64,000 nt of DNA. It comes from Botryllus schlosseri (taxonomy: Eukaryota). Numbering within the stretch: the first letter of the stretch is position 1; every line of letters starts with the position of its first letter. This document shows, one piece after another, positions 39,701 to 51,700 of this stretch. Below the pieces are notes generated by a model. The model saw nothing but the letters and a program-made list of their open reading frames with translations, was not told where the DNA came from and did not search any database. A program made the translations under genes and the position numbers. The stretch spans positions 20,338,001 through 20,402,000 of the forward strand of contig CM119372.1 of NCBI GenBank assembly GCA_051294905.1, given 5' to 3'.

Positions 39701-42700
39701 TTGGCATTTCGTTTGCATTGTAGATTTTGCACTGTCGAGAACTTATCATTTGATATTTTACAGTTTTTAGCCTACTTTATGGGCCTACCGTTGTAAACGG
39801 CTAATTGTCTGCTCATTGCGAATCACAAACGGTCAAATAAAACAAATAGGTAGACATGGTGTTATGGTCAACGTACCGCAATAGCCTATCTGAAGAAAAA
39901 ACAGTGTGTTACCAGCAGTGTGCACGCAACTTGAGTGTTGTCAGCCAACAACTTGCTGTCCTTGGCAAGCTTCTTAGTAAGGACATTCAATTTCTAACCA
40001 AGAATGTAGGAAAGTATCTCTCATTGTACTGCAAGAAAATTTAATTATTTCTACCATGTATCGTAACCACTGGAATTCTTCATAGGGCCAGATTTCGTTA
40101 AAATATTGTTTTTTCATGTAAAAAGTTGCCTGTTTCTAAGCCAGAAACATTTTTTTCAGGCCAAACTACTTCGTTAGGACAGCCAGTCCCAACCAGAAAT
40201 GATTATAAGTGGTACAATTTTAACATTATCTTGGAAAACACCTAATTTGCATATATAGGGTCAAAATTAATAGTTTTTAGGTCAAAATTTACCTTTCTTT
40301 AGGTAAAAAAACAACAACGCCCTCCTATTCATAACTGTTAATGTAGAAGTGGAAATAGTTGAATCCCAACTGAGAGTAATCCGAAAAACTATTTCGTCGC
40401 AGTTGTGAGTTGTACGTTTGCATTTTTCTTCCTAACATGTATCGAATCGGTTTGCAGTCGAGCGACAGCGGCGGGCAATGCAAGATGCCCGACATGCGAC
40501 ACGTGCGAAGCAAAATCGGCTCGCTGCAAAACGCAAAGCATACGCCGGGAGGTGGGAAGGTAAACTCAAGTTACGCGGTGTAATTGATCAACAAATAAAT
40601 GCCGTCGTTGCTGTGGCAGTTTTAGTGTGCCAGTGCCTGACACCATGCATGCTGTGATTTCCAACGGCAGATCTGCATCTCATTTACTCTATTGTAGTTC
40701 GAGTCTGCGATTATTATTAGAGTGTATAACCCGTATTTACGACGAAAACACGAGTTCCAATACACTACGGGTGTTGAAAAATGACTTTTTTTCTCAAATT
40801 GTACTGGCTACTTTATAAAATTGTTAGGTTAACCTCATTTAAGCCTACACACCAAATTTGGTTCAATTCCAATCAGTAGCGCCGCATTGCTACAGGAGAA
40901 AAAAGTTTCGATTTATTATGTAAAAATTGATAAAAAAAATTCACAATTTTCCGTTCACCCTATCAAAGTGTTAGGTTGTCTATAGAAACGATGCTCAGCA
41001 AATTTGACCCTATTCCAACCAGTGGAAGCGGAGATATTGCCTTCGAAAAATTTGGATTCGAATAATCGAATTCACCATCGTAAATACTATTTTATTCCAA
41101 TCCAAATTTCTCGACGGCAATAACTCCGCTTCCACTGGTTGAAATTAAGTCGAATTTGGCAGACGTCGTTTCTATAGACGGCCTAACACTTTGATGAGGC
41201 GAACAGAAAATTTTGAAATAATAATTTTTATATAATAAATAGAAACTTTCTTCTCCTGTAACAATGCGGCTACTGGTTGGAATTGAACCAAATTTGGTAT
41301 GTAGGCTTAAATTAGGTACCGGTAACCTAACAATTTTGTCTAGTAGCCAGTACAATTTAAGAAAAAATAGTCATTTTTGAACACCCCTACTATATATTCT
41401 TGAAATATTTCATTAATATAATTATAGTCTACCGTAAACCGGGGTAACTTTGGACTTAAGGGTAACTTTGGACACTAAGCAGTAAAAGATTCAAATGGTT
41501 ATTGATGGAAAAAGGTTGCCGCTGGATGTCCAAATCTTTTTCATGAGGCAAGAGTACCACAAGTAGTCTTGCTAAAAGATGGATTCATTTCACTACCAGT
41601 TAAACTTGACCCAACATTGATAAATTAATGGCGGGGGTTAATTTCATCAAAATTGATGGCCATAAAACTTCTTACAACCAAACATAGATAGCATGTGATT
41701 CAGAGATTCAAAACTTGGCAGCAGATACCTCTAAATAGTCCATGGCAAAAATCTCAGTGGGCTTAGCCTTAGATCAATACAAAAAACTGTGATGTCCAAA
41801 GTTTCCCCGTCAAATTTTATCAGAATGGGGTAACTTTGGACAGTGGAAAATGTGATATTTAGAGCTCTGGAAAGTGGCTGCTTCGTCTATGTCAAAGTGT
41901 ATTGTCAACTATATTCCTTATGACCGGCCTGAAGGCTTTTTAAAATGGAATGAGAAAGTCAACAAATTAAGAGTTTGCCAAAATATGAAAAATGGGTAGA
42001 ATGAGAGATTGTAATGAGCTGACCTGATGAGCTGAGAGATTGTAATCGGGTGCAAGGTACTTCAAAAACTTATCACATACTCCTAAAGATGTGCCTGCTG
42101 AATATGGAATACCATAAATTATGACAAATACATCCATCAGAGGACATAAGAAAGGGAAAGTGTATCTTTTAAAGAACAGAAACATATTTGAAATCGGCAA
42201 TAAATCACGGTAACATGCTTAACGTTTCCTGTCGATTGCTGACACGGCCAGTGGGATACCCCTCATCACCATATGTTATTTATAAGTCCCAATTGGTGAA
42301 GGCATGAGGGAAAATCGAGATAAGGGATAAATAAGGGGGCATTACCCTTTATAAACTACCTATTTTTTTTGGGGGGGGGGTGGTTGGATTAGGCAAAAAT
42401 CATGCAATAGACCAGACATGAACTATTTTCTTTCAGTTTTAGCCACTGCTCTCAACTCTAACCAAATAAGCCTCATTTACCAGGTTTCATAAACAATAGA
42501 GTGTAAAGGCATACAAAAAACTAAATTGTCCAAAGTTACCCCACAACCAGGGGCAACTTTGGACACGGATAAATTACAAACATAAGGTACTTATTTATGA
42601 CCATGAAGATTTTGGATTAGGTAATTCTAATCTTTGCTCCATGACCCATGAAAAACAAAACTTTCCTCCCCTACACACTAGTATTTCCAAGATACAAAGC

Positions 42701-45700
42701 GGAATTGTTGAAAATTGTGTAAAGTTACCCCGGTTTACGGTACTGCAATATGCCTGTCTAACATTTTTACGTGTGTTCCATAATTTGATTCTCGTGTGTC
42801 TTCTTTGTTGTGACTACCGTATAGTTACTGGTACAGCTGACCTCGCTTAGCGTTTATATTGGTTTTCATTTTAATCTCTGTATTATATATGCTTCTTATT
42901 GTGCTATTCACTCTTGATAAGGGTCACTCGAAAAGTCTGTGAGTTGACTAAATTATACTGCGATGAATGTAGTCCTGGAAGCAATATTCGATGCCCATTG
43001 CTGCCGTGAGAAATGTGGTAAACGAGGTCAACGTATAACAAAAATTAATTCAGCAATCCAAATTCTGATTGTGGCATATAATCACTAATCACAGTGATTC
43101 TGTTATTTTACCCGCCCATTAAACACAATGTACAATGCGATACAATGAACAGGGGGAGGATGTCGAAACGACCAAGTACGGTCTCTGGCATCCTCCTCAG
43201 CTTAATGCCGGTGCCACTGTCACACCATCAACAGTGGTGAAACGCTAACTCGCCATCAGATAGTAGCGGTCGGGAAGGTGATAGCTTGGGCAAGTTTTTG
43301 TTGCACTAAAAACCTGAGAAAGTTGCATTTATTTTTTTTAATTTTAACAAAAGTTGCAGAAGTTGCATTTATACAATTTTTTGAAATCATGAGCGTATGA
43401 GATACTCGAAAGGTTCCAGCACTTTGAAATTTGCATGGTGTCTGCTTGTTCCATTTCTTCCTTCGCTATTCAATCGATCATGGTTACATTTTTATTTACT
43501 TAGGGTTCGCACAATTTACCAGTTAGTTCAGGGAATTTCATGGCTAACGGAATAGTGGGTATGCCGCATGCCCAGTATACCTGCGTCCGGCGCCTATGGT
43601 GGGCTGCATTGTCACTTGAAATCCATTAATTCAGTCTTTATTATAGTTTTATAGCATGTTTTGCGCAATACTTGATAAAAGTTGCAGAAAAAAGTTGCAT
43701 GAAAAATATCGACAAAAGTTGCAAAAAGTTGCAATATAAAACTCCTCCAAACAGATTAAAACACCATACTACATACATTATGAGTATTTACGAAGCTTCC
43801 AGAAGCTGTAAAAAAAAATTGCAAAAGTTGCAAAAACTTGCCCTGGTGATAACGAGGGCAAGATTTTGTTGCAGTCAAATCCGTGGAAAGTTGCAGTAAA
43901 AAGTTGCATTTATGTTTTGCAAAAGTTGCACTAAAAAGTTGCATTTATGGACGATTCCTTGAAATTATTAGGGTATAAGATACTAGAATCGATCCGTATC
44001 CAAGGCACTGTAACAGAACTCAGTGTCACACTGGCGACAATGGCCCGAAAAATAGGCTCGGTGAAAACATAATTTTCGGCGGTCTAACCTGAACGCACGT
44101 CAAATTAGAAAGGACCCCAAATTTAAACGACAGTGAAATGATCAATCAATTTATCTACATACAGTGCCAAATATTTCCAGTAAAAAGTTGATTGGATGAA
44201 AAATCGAAAAAACTTGCAAAAAGTTGCATTAAAAATCCAAAAAAGTTGCAAAAAGTTTGATGAAAAATCGAAAAAGTTGCATGAAAAAAATGGAGAAAAG
44301 TTGCAATATAAGATTCCTCCAAACCGATTGAAACGCCATACTACATAACTTCTGAGTATTTAGGAAGCTGCCGGAAGCTGTAAAAAAAGTTGCGAAAACT
44401 TGCCCTAGTGATAACCAAACGAAAGGTCATCACTCAAACAATTGGGCCGTGATGTCGAGGTTTGGCCAAAGGGGGGTCGACATTATGCTAGTCACCCCTT
44501 AAGAACCGAGGGCTGAACAGTGACATGACCTTTTTTGTTTCTTTTTTTAATCATCATCACTGAAGGAGTTTATTCTGAAATTGACGTCGGTCGGACTCGA
44601 ACCGGTGCAACATACCACTGCTCAACTCGAAGTGCTATAGGTTGCCGCGAACTATTACCGACCACTTCCGGTCAATACCCATTTTCTCCATGTAGTTGAT
44701 TAAAATAATCGTTTGCGGTTCATTTTCAGGTTAAAATCGAAAGTAAAAAAGTGGACTACAGCCGGGTAACGTCGAAAGTGGGATCGAAAGCAAATCTCCA
44801 ACACACCCCTTCCGGCGGAAAGGTAACAGTTGCCATCCCAACAGCAACTCCCTAATATTTTCAGATCCAAATCACGTTCTGGATTTGAGATTCAAATCCA
44901 AATCCATAATTACTTTGGTATCCTATCCATATCCAAGTCCGTATCAGATAATGACTGAAATTTGACCAGAAAGTTGCATGGAAATTGAAAGATATGCCAG
45001 TTACTTGGCGTCTAGGTCCAAATATAAGTCAAGCTTCAAATTAATCTTTAAAAGAGTCAATGTGCTCAAATTACAGTTGAATCTGTTAGAAAGTCTTTGG
45101 CAGCAGCCATTTTCCTCAGAAAGCCACCATATTCAAACTGTAGCTAGTGATTAATTTGTCTCATCGATATCAGAGACGTAGATTTAGACTGCAGTGTCCC
45201 TTTAAATCCATGTCTATGCTCATCTCCGCTGTCTTGTCAACGTCCAGGTGAAGATCGAAAGCAAAAAACTTGACTACAGCACGATAGGTTCCCGGTGCGG
45301 CTCGCTGGCAAACGCCACGCATTCGCCTGGCGGAGGAAAGGTAGGCGGCAGACAGGTGAACGTCAACGGCTTGTCGTTGAATTTCTGAAATTGGTTTGTG
45401 CGTTTGGGCAGGTGAGGATTGAAAGCCGGAAGCTCGACTTCAGTCACGTCGGGTCAAAGTGCGGGTCCTTGTCCAATGCAAGCCACTCGCCGGGTGGCGG
45501 CAAGGTATGGAGAAAACGATACCACTGTTTTTCAATGCACTTCGTTTCAATGATCTATGCGTTGGTACGCTTTGTTTTAATCTAAGGCCGCCGAAATTGT
45601 CAAAATTGCTACTCAAGATGAAGTAGTCCTGCAAATTTCCATTCAGTAACAAGAAGTTGCGATTCCCAAGATATGCAATAAGTAAAAAGTGATGGGTCTC

Positions 45701-48700
45701 AAAATTACACAAGGAGACCGTTTCAAAAAGTAGATTTGCCTGAGGCATTGCGAATGCGGAGCAGTCTAGCGAAGGTTGTAAACTGCATATTTATAATACA
45801 AATGGGTGTACCTTACGAAAAATATTGGTTGAATTCCTAGTCTCGGAGGCGACGTTCGAGATTTTTTAGGTGGAAAGCATTTCTTTTTGGCAGCAGAATT
45901 TTGCCCGGATATGCTGCAACGTTATCCTATTCTAATCTGTTCATGTTATTTTTTTTCGAAGGTTAGAGTCGAGAGCAAGAGATTGGATTTCAGCAATGTC
46001 CCTTCCAAATGCGGATCTCGAGATAACATGAAGCACACGCCGCAAGGAGGAAAGGTAATCGAGTCAATTTACTTGGTTGCTTTGCACTGGTCGGTGACAC
46101 GCAATCTCGAAATTTGCGGGGCGGGATATGAAATTGGTGCTTTTGGCTACGTAGCTACGTCTTTTTCAAAATTCGTATTAGTCAACGCGATGCAATGATT
46201 GAAATCTGTGGACTGTTAAAATGTGTATCTGTACATACTGTACGGCGTACATACATGTAAATACTGTAGGAATGTTTTTTACAATGCCGGTTGGCTCAAT
46301 GGAGGAAGAGCTTCTTTCTGGCATTTACTCATTAACTACTGCTGCCGACCACAGGTGTAGATGTAACTAGAGCCGATTTTGCACCTTTGTATTCTGCCCG
46401 GGTGCTGTAGTAAATGATCTCAGCATTAATTTCTCCTGCACCGGATATTCGGGGGGAAACCGGGACTGTTTCTAATTATAAAAGATTGAGATTTCGTAGG
46501 ACAGTCACACAGCATCAACTCCCAGTCGATATATCATATTTGCCCAGTATAATTCTGTTGTGCTTTTGGTTCTGGTCTGTTTTGCATAATAACTTGACAG
46601 AGCATAAAGAGACATCATTGTAATGTCTGTGTTTTTCTAAAAAATGTCCATGTTCAAGGGTGGTGGTAGGCTATTCAATTAGTTAACTCGCGTTGACTTG
46701 TTTTGTGAGGTTTTCTCCAGAATACTCGATTGATCCCAATGCAACTGGTATTTATAGGTAAGATTTGTTAGTCGTCAGCATTTGGATTTGAGGAATGTCA
46801 AGTCAAAAGTTGGGAGTCTAGACAACTTGCCGTACACCCCTCCGGTTAAGAAGGTATTTCTGTACGATGGTAGCCTGTTGCGCTTGGCTCCATAAGCTAA
46901 TTGGCTGCTGCTACAGGAACTACTCATTACGCTGACCAATTAAAAAAACGAAAGTAACTTTACACATATGCATTGCCTATTTCAAATGAAAGTTGAAATA
47001 TGTTAGAACTTGTAGTGGGGCATAGCAGACTTGATGATTAGCTTGTGATGTGATTTCTTTGTGTCAAAAGATCTTGACTTGTCACCTATGAAGATCATGT
47101 ACCTAATGTACTCAGCGGCTTTGATGAATGCAACCTCATTGACACAGTCTGCTCGCAACAATAACTGAAATAACATGTGTTACTACACTAATAGGCATTG
47201 CCAGTATCATTCATGTTTAGTATGAAAATTTATTTGTTTGTCACCCTCGATAACTTGATTGAAAATTTGTTGTTCCTCCCATCATTATTACAATTCAAAC
47301 AAGCACGCTCAACTATTTAAATTCTCATCAGTATGTTTGTAGGCTACTATGTGTTAATTCTAAAAAAATTGGTTTGATTCCGAGCTTAGCAAAGCCAACC
47401 ATTTTCAGTACGAACTTTTGGAATACATCGAAGTTCATCAAAATATCCAAGTATTCTCAACCAGGGTACTTACTCAACTCAACGCCTAATGGTAGCACTG
47501 CGCCGTTTCCATGCTCTTTCAGAAATCAAATAGCATTTTTAGAGCATCCCAATCAGCTTCATTAGCCAGTTGCAAACCTTGTGGAATTCCAGACTTCTTC
47601 AGAAGCATTTTAGGCACGTTTTCTGCTGTTATCTTGTTCTAAATCAGGGGCCTCAAACAACCTTCGTGCGGTGTGCGCCCGCATCGAAATTCTGCATTTT
47701 CAAGTATTTGACAATTTTGAAGAGTGACATATCTATTTTGAAAACTTGAAATCACTCTAAATTGCTTTATAAACGTTAAACTACTCATCAAACTGTATCA
47801 GTATGACATCACCTTCAAATGCTACGAAGCTGTGTAACATCTGCTATGACGTCATATTGCCTATTCATGATGATGAACCATGACTCGCAGAAGACATTTA
47901 GTAATCCTATTATTGATGCTGCGGCCCACTGCGTCATTGAAAACTAGGAAATTGACCCATAAGCACATTTGAGTTTGAGACCCCTGTTCTAGATATTTCT
48001 AGCAGTGGTAATCAGCATAAAACCTACTCCTTGCTGTAACATGGCATCATCATCCATCCACTTTTATAGCGCATTGAAGCAATACTACATGTGAAGCCGT
48101 TCAGATCCTTCCAAGTGTTCTTCCATTTTTACTAAACTACTCCACTCTTTGTATTATTCTCAACTGTGTCGCTTGCATGCACCCACTCTTTATTGAGATT
48201 GATAACAGCAACATCGCCGAACCTTGTAACATGATAATCTTCCGTCACGTTGATTTTGACGGAAACAGACCCCAAATTTCTAGTGTCAATGAAGTTTTGG
48301 CATCTTGCTAAAGCATGCTTGGTAGGCTAAAGGTGTGCCGGGATATTTCTGCGGACGAAATATTTCTCATACTTTCTCTTGTGGATCCCGACCAGGTGAA
48401 GATTTTCCACGAGAAACCGAATTTTCAGAATGTCACTGGGAAAATCGGGAGTTTGGATAACGTCAGCTATTCACCTGGCGGTGGAAAGGTTTGCGTTCAG
48501 ACTGGTAGAGATTGCGCTGTCTTACTGCGGATATCGTAAATAAGTCTGTGCTCTGCTGTTACCATGTTTTCTCTGCTCCTTCAATATCATGTGCTTTGTG
48601 AGCTACTCGTTTTTGAGAAACTGTACTAAGTGTGCCTTTATCATACGACCGACACTATCATTATCATCATGACAGCTGGAATAAAAACTTGCTGTAGTAT

Positions 48701-51700
48701 TGGAACTGTAAACGCAGTTTCTGTATAGATGTCAATGTTCTATCAGTTTGATCTTCTGACATTGATGTTTAATTTTGTGGTTGCCTTCCAGGTGAGAATA
48801 TTTCACTCCAAAGTCGACACCAGCAAGGTGCAGTCGAAAATCGGCAGCAAGGAAAATATCACTCACACCCCCGGAGGCGGTAAAGTAAGTCAGCGATTGT
48901 GAAATACGTGTGATTTCAATTAATAGGTGCTGCCTTTCCTCCATCTTTGGTGTGGAGTAGGCCTGCACACCGTTTTTGAAACTATTAGAGTTTGTAGCTT
49001 GACAGGACCAGGGTTGTTATAACACTATATGGCTGTTTTCATGGCCGAAGTGAACATATTTTTGGATGGATGACCATTAGGGTTGTCCACAATTTGAAAA
49101 ATCTTACGAATCCTCCGTTGTAATGTCTTATTCTATAGATTATTGATAAAAAACGACACTGAGCCTGAAAGAAGCTCACAGGAAGGCCGTTAAGATTTCG
49201 TGCAAAGCGTTTGAAAGTAGCTGCCGAAGAATGGGCATGCCACCGACCATAGAACGGCGAGAACACTAGCAATCACGAAACCACGGCTCTTGATTGGCTA
49301 ATCCGCTATGCTTCAATGACCACGACAGCAGCAGCTTGCTGCGTAGGTGATCAAGGAGTCTGCTACCGGCGGCGATTCTGAAAGCGCATTTTATGTCGGT
49401 TGACAGATAATGATTTAGGATTGATTCAGGGTATGTTGAGGTACGAAATACATGATGAACAAACAACAGCTGCTTCACAAAACGTCCAAACTCTAAAGCA
49501 TGATCGCTTTATTGCGAAGGAAACCGCCGTAGCCTATATGCCTTGTTTTCAACGAGGGAAAGCATAGAAGCTTATGCAAATACCGACGGATTCCTAGTTT
49601 CGGAAAGGCTATATCATTATTGAATACAAAGATAAAGCTTAACAATGACACTATAGTTTGTGTGATCTTATTGGGCTCAGGTTGTAGTGCATATTATTGA
49701 AGTTTTGAATGCTCTAGGGATCGGCTGAATCAAACGGTTAGGCTTGGGACTCATTAGATGTTCACAGCAAATTGAATTCACTTGCAAGTGTTTTCAAAGT
49801 CCCTAATGATGCCGCAGAAACGAGGTTTAAATGCAAGCACAGACTATGCTTGATATGATTTACAAACTATGCTGCATGCTATGCACTATGCAGCATTGCC
49901 TGTGCCTACCTTTACACCCCTTTTCTGCGCGATTATTAGGGACTTTGACATATCCTGTTCAGCATAGTATGTGCTTAATTTTACACCTCTTTTCTGCGTC
50001 ATCATCAAGGACTTTGACAACACTTGCAAGTGAATACATTTTGATGCAAGCATCTGACAAGTGTCAAGCATAACCCGCTGATTCAGCCGATTCTTAGAGC
50101 TTTCAAAACTTCAACTATGTACTACAACCTGAGACCAATAAGATAACACAAATTATAGTGTCATTGTTAAGCTTTATATTTGTATTCAATAATGATATAT
50201 TCTTTCTGAAACTAGGAATCCGTCGCTACTTGCATAAGAGCCTATGCTTTCACTCGTTGAAAACAAGGCATATAGGCTACGGCGGCTCCCTTCACAATGA
50301 AGCGATCATGCTTTAGACGTTTTTGTGAAGCAGCTGTTGTCTGTTCATCATGTATTTCGTACCTCAACATACCCTGAATTAATCCTAAACCATTATCTGT
50401 CAACCTACATACAATGCGCTTTCAGAATCGCCGCCGGTAGCAGACTCCTTGATCACCTACGCAGCAAGCTGCTGCTGTTGTGGTCATTGAAGCATAGCCG
50501 ATTAGCCAATCAAGAGCCGTGGTTTCGTGATTGCCAGTCTTCTTGCCGTTCTATGGTAGGTGGCACGCCTATTCTTCGGTAGCTACTTTCAAACGCTTTG
50601 CACGAAATCTTAACGGCCTTCCTGTGAGCTTCTTTCAGGCTCAGTGTCGTTTTTTATCAATAATCTATAGAATAAGACATTACAACGGAGGATTCGTAAG
50701 ATTTTCCAAATTATGGACAACCCTAATGACCATGGCCACGCAGAACAGTATATTACGGTCAAACTATAATTGGCCAATTATGTGCATGGTTATAACTTAT
50801 AGCGCCTTCACATGACATGTTGTCATCCCCGGTTCCAGGTGAAAATCCTGACGAAAAGCATCGACTTGTCTCACGTCAAATCGAAATGCGGATCACTTGA
50901 CAATGCCAATCACACGGCAGGTAACTATCCTTCACTCCAGAATACGATAACACGATCTATATACGCCCGTGTGATTTTAGGCGGGGGGAATGTGGAGATA
51001 TTCAACGAAGCGCCATTGTTCAAGGACCATGCGAAAGCCAAGGTTTGTGGCCGGCTTGCTAATTCTTATCTCCATGGGCGGATACGAAGTGAAAACTCGT
51101 TACTTCTGCCGATTGGCGCCCCGCAAAAATTCATTGAAACTACCAGAGGGGTGCCATTGTAGTTGCTGATGTTACTCTGTGAAGGTAACTTTAACCTTGC
51201 CTACGTCCAAGTAGAAGTAAAACAAAGGCGCAAGAATAGTGGTACAACCACCAAGAGTGATGACAAGGTCGTTTCCATCTGTAGATGCAAGGCTTTCCCA
51301 TTTGCAGTATTGACTAAAAATACGTCACACAATCTCTGCATAACTGCATATACATACCATAAGTGAAGGATGTGCATATGCTGCTGGACAAGTCAGGTGC
51401 AGATATAGCCTTGTAAGGCTTTCTAAGTCACCACCCCTAGTCCCCTACCTGCTATCCTGGAAATGGGAAACGTCAAGCGGGGGCTTGAGAAGCCCCAGAT
51501 ACCAGTTTTACTAATTGTTTCTTTAGTCTGACCCGACCTGCGATCGAACCCACGACCTACCGACTGTTACGCCATCTCGTCAGAATCTACCCGAGGGCTC
51601 CCTAACCGATGCCAATACATTTTCTTTCGCGCACAACAGATTGGCTCGCTGGACAACGCCAACCACGTTCCCGGCGGTGGAGACGTGCGGATTTACGACG

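Noticed and set aside
43150..43277. Possible extra repeat exon ending GGGAAG|GTGATA
   Set aside because: Stops in all three frames from the nearest acceptor and no KXGS motif; the GT belongs to a hAT TSD.
49039..50815. Mirrored ORFs as a duplicated gene pair
   Set aside because: They are by-products of the inverted repeats of the foldback element and show no known motifs.
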